Below are positions 31,226 through 42,170 of a stretch of 64,000 nucleotides of DNA, one piece after another. Every line of letters starts with the position of its first letter. Positions within the stretch are counted from its first letter, which is position 1. The notes below the pieces were generated by a model that saw only the letters and a list, made by a program, of their open reading frames with translations, did not search any database and was not told where the DNA came from. The stretch lies in NCBI GenBank assembly GCA_965216465.1, contig CBDCFW010000003.1:96001-160000 (forward strand), read 5' to 3'. This stretch comes from Bacteroidia bacterium (GTDB lineage Bacteria > Bacteroidota > Bacteroidia > NS11-12g > UBA9320). A program made the translations under genes and the position numbers.

Positions 31226-32320
31226 TTATTTGATCTTCGTTTTTAGAAACAGGGTGATTTGCGGATTGTTTGGGTCGTTGGTATAAAGGATAACCGTTTT
31301 ACGTTGGTTTCCGTGCTTGTATAGGGCGTCAAATTGGGCCATTACTTTAATCGTTTCTCCAGGTGCAATTTCTTCTTTGAGGTCTGACAGAATTGCACAT
31401 GCACATGCAGCATCTATTCTTCTAATAATAAGTGGTGATTTACCCGTGTTAGAAATTTCTACTGGCATTTTTTTAACAGCACCGCTTCCCATAGTTCCGA
31501 AATCAATTTCAGTTGTAGAGAGCTCTATTCGTGGAGCTTTCTTCAACTTTCTTTTGCTTAAATGCGAAAAGTCATCTTGAAAAACCAAGCGATATGAGAT
31601 TGTTTTTAGCGGGAAAAATCGGTCGTTGGTGTTGACTTTTAGTTGCCCCATATATGGGCCAACGGTATCAGATTTAGTTGCATCAATTTTAAATTTGAGG
31701 TAGCCTGATTCATTAGGCTCAACACTAAGAGGTAAATTACTAACCGATATAAAACCGGGTAGACCATTAATAGATTCTACCTGAAGAGGTTTGTCGCCTT
31801 CGTTGGTAACTTTAATAGAATCCAATCGCAATCGAAGGTCGGAAACAACACCGAACGATACATTTAGGCGTTCTAATATTAAGTAACCAAACTCTCCTGG
31901 ATAATGTTGAATATCGCTTAGTCGCTCATACGACTTAACATCCGCAGTAAAGTTTAAACGAATTTGAAATTCATTGTCGAAGTTACCTCGAACATAAATC
32001 CATTTATCTACTTCGCCTAGCATTCCTTTAGGGTTAAATTCAGCTAAAATCTTAGCTTCTTCTCCTGGAGCCACACTGTAGCTCGATGCTCTAGGGTTGG
32101 TACAGCCGCATGCCGCATCAATTTCTGAGATTTCAAATGTTGCTGTGCCGTTGTTCTTGAACTTATATTCAGCAGTAACAACTCCAGCTTCTACATAAAT
32201 GCGACCAAAGTCAATTGTTTTATTTACAAATTGAATGTCTTTTACATCAACTTGGCCAACTGCAAACAGATGGAACACAAGTGAGAAACAAAGAATGAAT
32301 ATTGATTTTTGCATTAGCAC
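31226..32320 (-). CDS. DUF1573 (Ig-like repeat) protein
   Basis: Repeated DFG..N.G..P..I....ACGC/ACAC....PGE motifs. Confidence 0.85.
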   Translation of the reverse strand: MLMQKSIFILCFSLVFHLFAVGQVDVKDIQFVNKTIDFGRIYVEAGVVTAEYKFKNNGTATFEISEIDAACGCTNPRASSYSVAPGEEAKILAEFNPKGMLGEVDKWIYVRGNFDNEFQIRLNFTADVKSYERLSDIQHYPGEFGYLILERLNVSFGVVSDLRLRLDSIKVTNEGDKPLQVESINGLPGFISVSNLPLSVEPNESGYLKFKIDATKSDTVGPYMGQLKVNTNDRFFPLKTISYRLVFQDDFSHLSKRKLKKAPRIELSTTEIDFGTMGSGAVKKMPVEISNTGKSPLIIRRIDAACACAILSDLKEEIAPGETIKVMAQFDALYKHGNQRKTVILYTNDPNNPQITLFLKTKIK

Positions 32321-32420
32321 CTCAAATGAAACGTCTATATTTTGAAAAGAATTATCTTTTAGATGAAATGTTTATAAAAAACGTTGCCTTTGTTTCAAAT
32401 TCTTCATTTACATTCGCCTC

Positions 32421-33449
32421 GTGAGCAATGAATTATTAGACGGTACAGGTCAAAATTTTTCAGATCAAGAGCGTGATTTTGAACGTGTCTTGCGACCTAA
32501 GTCGTTTGATGATTTTACCGGCCAAGATCGTATTCTTGAGAACCTAAAAATCTTCGTAGAGGCAGCAAATCAACGCGATGAGGCCTTAGATCATGTTTTG
32601 CTTCACGGACCCCCAGGTCTTGGAAAGACAACACTAGCACACATTATTGCGAACGAACTGAACAGTGGCATTAAAGTGAGTAGTGGTCCAGTTTTGGAGA
32701 AGCCAGGTGACTTGGCAGGTTTGCTAACCAACTTGAATGAGGGTGATGTTTTGTTTATTGACGAAATTCACCGTTTAAGTCCTGTAATTGAGGAGTACTT
32801 ATACTCGGCTATGGAAGACTATAAAATTGACATTGTTCTAGACACAGGTCCAAATGCAAGATCGGTTCAAATAGGTATCAGCCCCTTTACCTTAATTGGA
32901 GCTACAACCCGCAGTGGGTTGCTTACAGCTCCGTTAAGAGCTCGTTTCGGAATTACTAGCCGTTTAGCGTATTACGATACCGATTTGTTGGCTGAAATAG
33001 TTGAACGTTCCTCATCCATTTTGCAAGTTCCTATCGACCATAAGGCAGCCATGGAGATTGCGGGTAGGAGTAGAGGAACCCCGCGTATTGCGAATGCCTT
33101 GCTTCGACGAACTAGAGATTTTGCACAAATTAAGGGTGACGGAAGCATTTCACTGGACATTGCAAAAATGGCACTGGGTGCTTTGAATGTTGATGCAAGA
33201 GGTTTAGATGAAATGGACAATAGAATATTGACTGCAATTATTGATAAGTTTAAAGGTGGACCGGTAGGGATCAATACCATTGCCACCGCGGTAAGTGAAG
33301 AAGCAGGAACTATTGAAGAAGTTTACGAACCGTTCTTAATCAAAGAAGGATTTCTTCAACGTACGGCTCGAGGAAGAGAAGCTACAGAGCTGGCGTACAG
33401 GCATTTAGGTAAGCAAATGAATAAAGGTGGAAACCCAAGCTTGTTCTAA
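32421..33449 (+). CDS. ruvB: Holliday junction helicase RuvB
   Basis: [35 protein letters not shown]. Confidence 0.98.
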   Translation: MSNELLDGTGQNFSDQERDFERVLRPKSFDDFTGQDRILENLKIFVEAANQRDEALDHVLLHGPPGLGKTTLAHIIANELNSGIKVSSGPVLEKPGDLAGLLTNLNEGDVLFIDEIHRLSPVIEEYLYSAMEDYKIDIVLDTGPNARSVQIGISPFTLIGATTRSGLLTAPLRARFGITSRLAYYDTDLLAEIVERSSSILQVPIDHKAAMEIAGRSRGTPRIANALLRRTRDFAQIKGDGSISLDIAKMALGALNVDARGLDEMDNRILTAIIDKFKGGPVGINTIATAVSEEAGTIEEVYEPFLIKEGFLQRTARGREATELAYRHLGKQMNKGGNPSLF

Positions 33450-34379
33450 ATGCATGCAGCTAAAACTCGACATACCCAAATTATAAAACGAATTGCCAAA
33501 GATCTTGGTTTTGATTTCTGTGGAATAAGTAAGGCCGAAAGGCTAGAGAACGATGAACGACATCTTGATCACTGGTTAAGTCAAAATTATCACGGTACCA
33601 TGCAGTGGATGGAGAATCACTTTGATAAACGTGTTGATCCTGCGAAACTTGTGCCTGGTGCAAAAAGTGTAGTATCGTTATTACTAAATTACCATCCCGA
33701 AGAAGAATTAGATAATCATGCAATTAAAGTGTCTAAATACGCATATGGTACGGATTATCACTTTGTTATAAAAGACAAAATGAAGAACTTTATGCATCGA
33801 ATTCAATCAGAGATTGGTGAAGTTGGGGGTAGAGTGTTTGTAGACAGTGCTCCTGTGCTAGATCGGGCTTGGGCAGCAAAAAGTGGTTTAGGTTGGATAG
33901 GTAAAAACAGTATGTTGATTACAAAACAGAAAGGAAGTTTTTACTTTATTTCTGAATTGATTATTGACTTAGAATTGGAAGAAGATCAAGCTACCACTGA
34001 CCACTGTGGAACCTGTACAGCGTGCATTGATGCGTGTCCGACCGACGCAATTGTCGCAGATAAAGTAATTGATAGCAATAGGTGCATTTCCTATTTAACC
34101 ATCGAGTTAAAATCTCAAATTCCAACTCATTTTAAAGGACAAATGGAAGGATGGGCGTTTGGTTGTGATATTTGTCAAGACGTTTGCCCATGGAATAGAT
34201 TTGCTTCACCGCATAGCACTTCTCAACTTCAATCTCATCCTATGCTTCGTGATTTGCATCAAGCAGAATGGGTTGAATTAACAGAAGAAGTATTTAAAGA
34301 AGTGTTTAGAAAGTCGGCAATTAAACGGGCCGGTTATGTGAAATTAAAAGAAAATATAGAGTTTTGTAAAGATGAGTGA
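33450..34379 (+). CDS. queG: tRNA epoxyqueuosine reductase
   Basis: [45 protein letters not shown]. Confidence 0.96.
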   Translation: MHAAKTRHTQIIKRIAKDLGFDFCGISKAERLENDERHLDHWLSQNYHGTMQWMENHFDKRVDPAKLVPGAKSVVSLLLNYHPEEELDNHAIKVSKYAYGTDYHFVIKDKMKNFMHRIQSEIGEVGGRVFVDSAPVLDRAWAAKSGLGWIGKNSMLITKQKGSFYFISELIIDLELEEDQATTDHCGTCTACIDACPTDAIVADKVIDSNRCISYLTIELKSQIPTHFKGQMEGWAFGCDICQDVCPWNRFASPHSTSQLQSHPMLRDLHQAEWVELTEEVFKEVFRKSAIKRAGYVKLKENIEFCKDE

Positions 34380-35769
34380 ACCTAATCCATCAGAAAACCA
34401 AGAATCAAGACAACCCAGTATTGCAGCTCAAGTAGCCAAATATTTGTCTGGAATATTTGCTCTAGATAACATTAACTACAAACAGTCGATTGAAGACATA
34501 AAGAGTGATGTCTCGTTCAAAGGATTCAATATTTGGATTTTAATCTGCTCGATTCTTGTCTGCTCGCTAGGTCTCAATATGAATAGCACAGCTGTGGTTA
34601 TCGGTGCTATGTTAATATCACCACTAATGGGGCCGATAGTAGGTTTGGGCTTAGGGATAGGAGTTTTCGATAAGAAGCTGATATATAGAGCTTTAAATAA
34701 TTTAGGTGTTGCTGCGGGAATCAGTATTCTTACTGCTTATATCTTCTTTCGAATTACACCAACAGAAGCCGTTCCTGAAATTTTAGCAAGAACAAAACCA
34801 ACGATGCTTGATCTATTCGTTGCATTTTTTGGCGGTGTTGCTGGAATATTGGCTGCCGCAAAATGTTTAAAGACCAATGTGGTGCCTGGTGTTGCAATTG
34901 CGACGGCTTTGATGCCTCCATTGTGCACAGCTGGATTTGGATTGGCGTCTGGCAATTGGGACTATTTTGCAGGAGCACTTTACTTATTCTTAATGAATAC
35001 CATTATGATAAGTGTTGCAGCTTTGTTAGTGGTTCTCTATTTAAGGTATCCAAAGTTTTCGTTTGTTGATACCAAGATGAAATTAAGAGTACGAAACGGA
35101 ATTATTGCAGTTGTAGTGTTGATTTCGGTTCCAAGCGGATATTTCTACTACAATCTGTTGCAAGAGAATTTAAGAGAAGAGCGAATTGAAAGCTTTATAG
35201 AACGTGAAATAGCTTCATTACCAGGAATATATGTTACGAACAAGGCATATGTTCCTAAAGACGATTCTTTAATTATTCATCTGAACGTGAACGGTATATT
35301 TTTAGAAAAGCACGAATGCGACTCTTTGGATAGTAAGATGGCTGCAGCAGGCATAGACGAGGCCAGGTTAGTTATTACCCAACCACAACCTATAGGGTTT
35401 AAAGAGCAGCGACTGGCTACTTTAAAATCAGATATTATCTCTGAACTGTACCAGCGAAGCTCGGTTTCTTTAGAAAGTAAGGACGATGAAATTGCCTTAT
35501 TGAAGCAGGAGATTGAAAAAATGAGCGGAGTTTCCTTGGCATCAAATAAGCTGACTGAAATGGCAAAGTCTCAATTCAAAATTGATGAGATGGCGATGGA
35601 TGTATTAATTTTCAACGACGGAACCCAACGAGATACCTTGCCGACTGCTTTAGTCTCTTGGCATGATGGCGTATCATCAAGAGATAAAAAAGAACAAACG
35701 CAAAAACTGATTTCATTGCTCCAAATAGAGCTGGAGACAAAAGAAGTTCGCGTGGTTGAATACCACTAG
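34372..35769 (+). CDS. DUF389 membrane protein
   Basis: [29 protein letters not shown]. Confidence 0.9.
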   Translation: MSEPNPSENQESRQPSIAAQVAKYLSGIFALDNINYKQSIEDIKSDVSFKGFNIWILICSILVCSLGLNMNSTAVVIGAMLISPLMGPIVGLGLGIGVFDKKLIYRALNNLGVAAGISILTAYIFFRITPTEAVPEILARTKPTMLDLFVAFFGGVAGILAAAKCLKTNVVPGVAIATALMPPLCTAGFGLASGNWDYFAGALYLFLMNTIMISVAALLVVLYLRYPKFSFVDTKMKLRVRNGIIAVVVLISVPSGYFYYNLLQENLREERIESFIEREIASLPGIYVTNKAYVPKDDSLIIHLNVNGIFLEKHECDSLDSKMAAAGIDEARLVITQPQPIGFKEQRLATLKSDIISELYQRSSVSLESKDDEIALLKQEIEKMSGVSLASNKLTEMAKSQFKIDEMAMDVLIFNDGTQRDTLPTALVSWHDGVSSRDKKEQTQKLISLLQIELETKEVRVVEYH

Positions 35770-35796
35770 GCACAATATTTGAGTTATATTGAACAT

Positions 35797-36363
35797 ATGA
35801 GATACATCGTTATTCTAATTTTAGCTGGCTTTTCGTTAATGAGCATGGGCCAAAATGTAAATGATACTATTGATCCCAATGCTTTCAATCAACAATTGAT
35901 GGAAAAAGCAGTATTTGATAAGGTAAATGAGTATAGAGTGACCAAAGGGAAAAAAGAGTTGATTTATAACGCTGTTATTTATAAGGTAGCAGACGATCAA
36001 TTGCAATACATTAATGAGAAAGGGGAGCTCACACATGAGCAGAACACACCCAATAAGCGTTACGTGCGTGACCGTGTTAAATTGTATACAAAACAGCAGT
36101 ATTTTCATGCAGGCGAGAATTTGGCTCAAACATCAATACTCATCCCTACATACCAATACGACAGCAAAGGGAGAACAAAGATGTCTGTTGCATATACCTA
36201 TCAACAAGCTGCCGATTACATGTTTTATGCCTGGAAACAATCTGAATTTCATAACAAGAATATGTTATCTGACGTATACCAAATGTCAGCCATTGCTGTT
36301 GGGCTAGATCCTGAAGACAATACTTTAACTGGTGTACAAGTATTTGTTAAGATTGGTCGCTAG
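35797..36363 (+). CDS. CAP/SCP domain secreted protein
   Basis: VNEYR, LTH, GENLA, W..S..H.KNML. Confidence 0.85.
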   Translation: MRYIVILILAGFSLMSMGQNVNDTIDPNAFNQQLMEKAVFDKVNEYRVTKGKKELIYNAVIYKVADDQLQYINEKGELTHEQNTPNKRYVRDRVKLYTKQQYFHAGENLAQTSILIPTYQYDSKGRTKMSVAYTYQQAADYMFYAWKQSEFHNKNMLSDVYQMSAIAVGLDPEDNTLTGVQVFVKIGR

Positions 36364-37612
36364 CTTCGGTAGAGGTTAAAGCCATTCTGACCATATCGAG
36401 AGCGGTATAAGCTGTTCTTTCGATAACTTGAAGACGACTTCCTCGAAATCGACATTTATTCACCTCAACGTCTCCATTAGGTTTAGCGAGTCCAATGTAA
36501 ACCAAACCTACTGGCTTTGTAGGAGTTGCTCCTCCAGGACCAGCAATTCCGGTGGTTGAAATGCAAAAGTCAACGCCTAGCTTTTTTTGTCCATTTTTTG
36601 CCATTTGGTATGCAACTTCTTCACTTACAGCACCTTTTTCAATAAGATCATTCTGGTTAACACCAATATGTTTTACCTTATGATCGTAAGCGTAGGTCAC
36701 TAAACTGCCAAGATAATAAGCAGAGCTGCCTATTGCTGAGGTAATTTGATGCGACACAAATCCTCCCGAACAGCTTTCTACTGTTCCGATGGTGTACTTA
36801 TTCTCAGTGAGTAACTTTCCGATAATTTGAGAAATCCCTTGATCGCCTTCAAACCAAACGTTTCCAAGTATTTGTTTGATTTGGTCGAAGTATTGATCAA
36901 TTTCGATTTCCAATTCTTCTTTAGATGCAGCGTTAGACTTAGCTGTAAGCCTTAATCGCACTAAGTTAAGATGGGGTAGATAAGCGAGTTTTATATGATA
37001 CGGAAGTACTGTTTCTACGTGCTCAATCTTCTTGCTGATTAATGATTCAGGTACGTTAACTGTTGTAATCGTCTGATGTACAATAGTGTAATCGTCAAGA
37101 TGACCTTCGATACGAGGAAGTACTTCATGCTTCATGATATACTTCATTTCGTATGGAACTCCTGGCATGCTAACAAAGATTTTTCCAAATTCGTTGAAAA
37201 GCATTCCAGGAGCGGTGCCCTTTTTGTTTATGAGCACTTCACAATTTTCAGGTACGAGAGCTTGATCGAGGTTTATAGGCAGAATGTCGCGACCTATTTT
37301 TTCAAAGATGTGTCGAACTACTTCTTCGGCCGCTTCGCTTCGTTTTAATCCAACCTTAAAATATTGGGCCAGCGTCTTTTTTGTTATGTCATCTTTGGTC
37401 GGTCCAAGTCCTCCGGTCATCAGAATCAGATCGGCACGTTCTTTCGCTGTATTTAATGCATTTATAATGGCCTCAGGTTGATCGCGGATAGAGGTGATTT
37501 GATCTATGTCTATTCCCTTGGCGTTCAGCTCTTTGGCAATCCATGCAGAATTTGTATCGACAGTTTGACCAATTAAAATTTCGTCTCCTATGGTGATTAT
37601 TTCTGCAAGCAT
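36347..37612 (-). CDS. cinA: CinA (MocF-like + NMN deamidase) protein
   Basis: IGDEILIGQTVDTNS, GGLGPTKDDIT, GTAPG, ESCSGG, TTGIAGPGG. Confidence 0.94.
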   Translation of the reverse strand: MLAEIITIGDEILIGQTVDTNSAWIAKELNAKGIDIDQITSIRDQPEAIINALNTAKERADLILMTGGLGPTKDDITKKTLAQYFKVGLKRSEAAEEVVRHIFEKIGRDILPINLDQALVPENCEVLINKKGTAPGMLFNEFGKIFVSMPGVPYEMKYIMKHEVLPRIEGHLDDYTIVHQTITTVNVPESLISKKIEHVETVLPYHIKLAYLPHLNLVRLRLTAKSNAASKEELEIEIDQYFDQIKQILGNVWFEGDQGISQIIGKLLTENKYTIGTVESCSGGFVSHQITSAIGSSAYYLGSLVTYAYDHKVKHIGVNQNDLIEKGAVSEEVAYQMAKNGQKKLGVDFCISTTGIAGPGGATPTKPVGLVYIGLAKPNGDVEVNKCRFRGSRLQVIERTAYTALDMVRMALTSTEASDQS

Positions 37613-37660
37613 TTACCTATTAAGAATTTTAAAATTATTTTCGCTGCAAATTATAGAAAA

Positions 37661-37990
37661 ATGAGGGAAGCAAAAGCAAATTTGGCAATAAATAACCTAC
37701 TAAAAGATGTTCAAAAGAAATTTGACGCAGGTAAAGTGGTAGAGCAGTTGCAAGAAATCAGAGAAATGGGTCGTTCTGAAGAAGATCCTACGATTGTGAA
37801 AATTTGTAGATTAGCAAGCGAGTATATTCAAGCAAATGAAGGATTTGACTTAGGTTATGTAGCTGAAGAAGAAATTGGTGACATGACTGATATGGAATAT
37901 CTGCTTGAACTAATGCTTAAAATCGAAAAGCAAGAAAATCGCGAAGAGATTCAAGACATTCGCGACCGTATAAAAGCGGATCTATACTAG
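37661..37990 (+). CDS. Small acidic helical hypothetical protein
   Basis: 109-aa ORF with TATTTTCG -7-like element upstream. Confidence 0.7.
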   Translation: MREAKANLAINNLLKDVQKKFDAGKVVEQLQEIREMGRSEEDPTIVKICRLASEYIQANEGFDLGYVAEEEIGDMTDMEYLLELMLKIEKQENREEIQDIRDRIKADLY

Positions 37991-38005
37991 AGGTTTCTCA
38001 ACACA

Positions 38006-38108
38006 TTTAAATCTCTTTTAAGCTTACTTATTTTACGCTTAATAACCCCGGAGTCACTCCAAGCGTAACATGAGGCGGAAGAGCAGTGCCGTAAGTTTAG
38101 CGTTTAAA
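38006..38108 (+). ncRNA. Candidate structured RNA, family unassigned
   Basis: Nested helices 38006-12/38102-08, 38019-27/38091-99, 38033-40/38061-68, 38050-53/38057-60; G.U pairs favour the + strand. Confidence 0.35.
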
Positions 38109-38187
38109 CAACATTCAAAGCCCTTGAATTCAAATCGTTAACAAATTGAAAAGGAGTCGATTTTCGACTATTTTCGCAACCATAATT

Positions 38188-39271
38188 ATGACCACAGATC
38201 AATTCAACGAACTAAGGAGCCGCACAGCAAAACTGGCGGAATATCTTTGAAGTAGAAAAGAATTTAATTCTAATAGCAGAAGAGGAAGAGCAAACTCATG
38301 ATCCCAGTTTTTGGGATGATCCAAAACGTGCTGAAGCACATCTTAAAAACATCAAAAAGAAAAAAGTATGGACCGATGCTTGGGCAAATATTAACTCAGG
38401 TGTAGAAGAAATTGAAGTTCTTTTAGAGTTCAAGGAGATGGGAGAGGATGTTGCGGATGAAATTGAGTCAAATTATGCCAAAACCTTTGAAGAACTAGAA
38501 GATCTTGAGTTTAAAAACATGCTCAGCGGCGAAGAAGACCAGCTCGATGCTATTTTAGAGATAAATGCAGGAGCCGGAGGAACAGAGAGTAACGATTGGG
38601 CGAGTATGCTTAGTCGTATGTATCTCATGTGGGCAGAGAAGAACGGTTTTAAAGCTCAAGTAGTAGACCAGGTTGATGGTGATGTTGCAGGCATTAAGAG
38701 TATTACCGTCGAAATTTCAGGTGATTTTGCCTTCGGTTATTTAAAAGGTGAAAATGGAGTACATCGATTGGTCCGTATTTCTCCTTTTGATAGCAGTGCA
38801 CGTAGACATACATCATTTGCATCAGCTTATGTTTATCCTGTAGTTGATGATACCATTGAAATTGAAATTAATCCAAGCGATATTGAAATGCAAACATCTC
38901 GTTCTGGAGGTGCTGGAGGACAAAACGTAAACAAGGTAGAGACTAAGGTGCAGTTAACCCATAAACCAACGGGAATCGTTGCTGTATGCCAACAATCTCG
39001 GTCTCAGCTTGCGAACAAAGAGGAGGCATTAAAAATGATTAAATCGCAGCTGTACGACATTGAGTTAAGGAAACGAAATAATGCCCGAGCTGAAATCGAA
39101 AATGGTAAAATGAAAATCGAGTGGGGGAGTCAAATTCGAAATTATGTAATGCATCCCTATAAAATGGTTAAAGACGTTAGAACAGGTCAAGAAACCAGTA
39201 ATGTTCAAGCCGTTATGGACGGTGACTTAGAAGCTTTTCAGAAAGCCTACTTGTTAGGAGAAGAGAAGTAA
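38188..39271 (+). CDS. prfB: Peptide chain release factor 2, programmed +1 frameshift
   Basis: ORF0 [20 protein letters not shown] ends CTT TGA (38245-38250); +1 frame continues EVEKN..FWDDP into the ORF with SPF and GGQ. Confidence 0.96.
38245..38251 (+). promoter_or_regulatory. prfB +1 frameshift site CTTTGAA
   Basis: Conserved YL|stop position of RF2 genes. Confidence 0.9.
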
Positions 39272-40267
39272 TTATTTGATAATCTCCATTAAGTGATCCA
39301 GCTTAGGCGTTAGAATTATTTCAATTCTACGATTCTTTGCTCGTGCTTCAGCTGTTTTTGCAGGATCAATGGGAACATATTTACTTCTTCCTGAAGGGAT
39401 AATTTTCAAAGGATCCATTCCTCCTTCAGTTGTCATGTAACGCACAACGGAAGTAGCACGGAGAACACTTAGGTCCCAGTTGTCTTGTATCGTACTTGAT
39501 CTCATAGGCACGTTGTCGGTATGTCCCTCAACCATAATGTCAAAATCTTCAAGGTCTTTGAGACTTTCAGCTACCTTCAATAAAGCTTCTTTTCCTTTCC
39601 AGTCGATATCTGTCTTGCCTGACTTGAAAAGCAAGCTATTATCCAATGAAACATATACTTTTCCATCCTTCTGAACCACTGTAATGCCGCTGCCTTCGTA
39701 TCCAATTAGAGCATTTGTTAGCTTATCCTTAAGCCCTTTTAGAGCCTCATCTCTAGCTGCTAATTGAGCTTCTAGTTCGTTTACACGACTTTCACGTTCT
39801 TTTAACGATGCATCTAGTGCGTCAAGTTCTACTTTAAGCTTTGCGGTCTCTTGTTCTTTTGCCAATAACGATGCTTCTTTATCAAATAATTCGCGCTCTT
39901 TTTGATCTAGTCTTTTATCTAGGCGTTCGAGTTCGTACCGCAAATCTTTCTTGGTTAGTTCATTGCTAGCCACCAAGTCTTTGTAATTTCTGTTTAGTAA
40001 TTCATAGGTCTCTTGAACCTTCTTAAATTCAACTTCCTGTTCTTCACATTGAGTTCTATACTCTTCATATTCAGCAAGTAACATTGTGAATTTACGTTGC
40101 TCCCTAGCATAGTTCGTGTCACAGTATTCTTTGAGACTTGAGAGTTCATCGAACTGACTTTTTAAGTTGTCGTAGGATACTTGAAGTTCTTCTAATTTTC
40201 TTGCAGGCACGCAAGAAACCAAAAATATAAGAGTGAATGCGATGAGTGTAAAGAAAGACTTGTTCAT
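39272..40267 (-). CDS. Coiled-coil lipoprotein with OmpA/MotB-type C-terminal domain
   Basis: Lipobox LVSC, long coiled coil, VEGHTDNVP, NWDLSVLRA, NRRIEI. Confidence 0.88.
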   Translation of the reverse strand: MNKSFFTLIAFTLIFLVSCVPARKLEELQVSYDNLKSQFDELSSLKEYCDTNYAREQRKFTMLLAEYEEYRTQCEEQEVEFKKVQETYELLNRNYKDLVASNELTKKDLRYELERLDKRLDQKERELFDKEASLLAKEQETAKLKVELDALDASLKERESRVNELEAQLAARDEALKGLKDKLTNALIGYEGSGITVVQKDGKVYVSLDNSLLFKSGKTDIDWKGKEALLKVAESLKDLEDFDIMVEGHTDNVPMRSSTIQDNWDLSVLRATSVVRYMTTEGGMDPLKIIPSGRSKYVPIDPAKTAEARAKNRRIEIILTPKLDHLMEIIK

Positions 40268-40363
40268 AAAGTGCACTATTTGTAAGTACAATAGTAAGAA
40301 TCGAATCGAGTAAGGATGTGTGCTAAGTTTAAACATATTAACACACGTTCAAAGTGAAACGTA

Positions 40364-40900
40364 CTAAAAAGAACGCTTGTTACCGCTCAGCTTTTCCAGC
40401 CGTCTTAGCGTATGACTGCCACGATTTTTTATTCCGCTTGAGGCATCAATCATGCAATTCTGAATCGCATCTGAAAGTTCTGGGATTAGCTCTTGATATT
40501 TGACGGCGATCAATTCACAAACCCGCATACTAAACGCTTTTACAGCAATTGCTTCTTTCGGGTCAAGTATAAAGCCCATACAAATGTCGTATAGCTCACC
40601 TTCGATCAATTCAGGAATGGGAACGAATTGATAGAGTCTAACAATGTTTCTTCGAATTGCATTATGCCTGTCATCATGACGAAGTTGCTCCACCATCTGC
40701 TGGTGGTAAGGGGCTATGAGTTGAGGTTGTTTTTCGCCTATATGTCCAACTACCCAACTGGTAAGCTGTGTAATGCGCAAATTGTTTCCCAGAAAGTGAA
40801 CCATAAGCTCTTCAAAAAGCTTAGCATCATGGCCAATGAACTCAATAATCTCGTTGATGGTTTGCTTGTTGTGCGGACGTTTTACTAACTCGTTGAGCAT
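40364..40900 (-). CDS. Helical-repeat (HEAT-like) hypothetical protein
   Basis: 178-aa ORF, IRRNIVR..Q and EAIAVKAFSM motifs. Confidence 0.65.
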   Translation of the reverse strand: MLNELVKRPHNKQTINEIIEFIGHDAKLFEELMVHFLGNNLRITQLTSWVVGHIGEKQPQLIAPYHQQMVEQLRHDDRHNAIRRNIVRLYQFVPIPELIEGELYDICMGFILDPKEAIAVKAFSMRVCELIAVKYQELIPELSDAIQNCMIDASSGIKNRGSHTLRRLEKLSGNKRSF

Positions 40901-40926
40901 GCTAATTTATGCTTCAAAGCTACAAA

Positions 40927-42018
40927 TTACATGCTTGTTTTCATCGCCTCTTCTTCTTTAAATCGGTCGATTGCAAGATTGAGCAGGGTAGTTATAAGAT
41001 CGGTGTAGCTTAGGCCGGTTGCTTCCCATAGTTTTGGATACATAGAGATGTCAGTAAACCCAGGAATGGTATTCACTTCATTCACAAAGACGTCGCCATT
41101 TTCTTTCAGAAATACGTCGACACGTGCCATTCCTTCACAACATAAACACTGGTAAGTTTTTATTGCAACTTCTCTTATGGCGTTCATATCTGTTTCAGAC
41201 ATTTCTGCTGGAATGACCGTTACAGAACCATTCGCATCAACATATTTTGCATCGTAAGAATAGAACTTGTGTTCATCTCCAATGGTTAGTACTTCTCCGG
41301 TAGGCGATGCCTTAACATCGGCGTTTCCTCGCACGGCACATTCGATTTCTCTTCCCACAATATTTTCTTCAATCAAAACCTTGCGATCGAATTGAAAAGC
41401 TAATTCAATGGCTTGGTTAAATTCTTCTTCATTGTTAACCTTAGAAATGCCAACGGAAGACCCCAGATTTGGAGGCTTTATGTAGACAGGCATTCCAAGC
41501 TCGTTTTTAACCGTTTCGAATTTAATCTGGTCTTTTTCACTGTTGAGATAAGAAAGGAATTTTGAGTTTTTAATTCCCGCGTCGCGTAAGAGCCTTTTAG
41601 TCACTTCTTTATCAAGACAAAGTGAAGATCCTAGAACCCCAGGGCCAACAAATGGTAAATTGATAATCTTAAACAATCCTTGAATCGTGCCGTCTTCACC
41701 TCCGGTTCCATGTACAATGGGAAATACAACGTCAACGTTTCCGATGGATGAAAGGTCTTTTTTTAAGCACACTTGATTGTGCTGTGCACCTGGCACTACA
41801 GTTAGAGCCATTTGCTCATCGCTTAATACAACATCTTCTGAAAGCAGTTGGTCATGTGATTTTAAAATCCATTCTCCTGTTTTAGAAATGCCAATTAGTA
41901 GAGCATCATATAGGTTGATATCCAGTGCCTTAACAATGTTTCGAGCTGATCTTACAGAGACTTCATGCTCGGTTGATTTTCCGCCAAATAGAATTGCTAC
42001 AGTTTGTTTTTTTGCCAT
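40927..42018 (-). CDS. ddl: D-alanine--D-alanine ligase (DdlA-type)
   Basis: FGGKSTEHEVS, HGTGGEDG, GSSVGI, FYSYDAKY, NEVNTIPGFT. Confidence 0.96.
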   Translation of the reverse strand: MAKKQTVAILFGGKSTEHEVSVRSARNIVKALDINLYDALLIGISKTGEWILKSHDQLLSEDVVLSDEQMALTVVPGAQHNQVCLKKDLSSIGNVDVVFPIVHGTGGEDGTIQGLFKIINLPFVGPGVLGSSLCLDKEVTKRLLRDAGIKNSKFLSYLNSEKDQIKFETVKNELGMPVYIKPPNLGSSVGISKVNNEEEFNQAIELAFQFDRKVLIEENIVGREIECAVRGNADVKASPTGEVLTIGDEHKFYSYDAKYVDANGSVTVIPAEMSETDMNAIREVAIKTYQCLCCEGMARVDVFLKENGDVFVNEVNTIPGFTDISMYPKLWEATGLSYTDLITTLLNLAIDRFKEEEAMKTSM

Positions 42019-42170
42019 TTCTTGGTAGTTGTAAAACGATTACAATGCAATATTAATTATTCTATGAGCGAGGTTATACACCTATCGACATTCATTGTTA
42101 ACTATTTTCATTCTGTTGGAAGTCAAATTATTAGCTAAAAGGATTAAATTAGTCCCGAACAATTCAATTT

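Noticed and set aside
38069-38090. SRP RNA (ffs), suggested by GAGG-C-GGAA-G-AGCAG
   Set aside because: Only 1 bp closes the GGAA loop (canonical is 3-4 bp) and it is not at the apex of the rod
38438-39271. Truncated or pseudogene prfB as listed in the ORF track
   Set aside because: Explained by the programmed +1 frameshift from ATG 38188
39272-40336. Flagellar MotB
   Set aside because: Lipoprotein signal instead of the Asp-bearing TM helix, no motA; a common Bacteroidota OmpA/MotB-domain protein
40927-42018. VanA/VanB-type D-Ala-D-Lac ligase
   Set aside because: Omega loop FYSYDAKY is the D-Ala-D-Ala type and there is no vanH/vanX/vanRS
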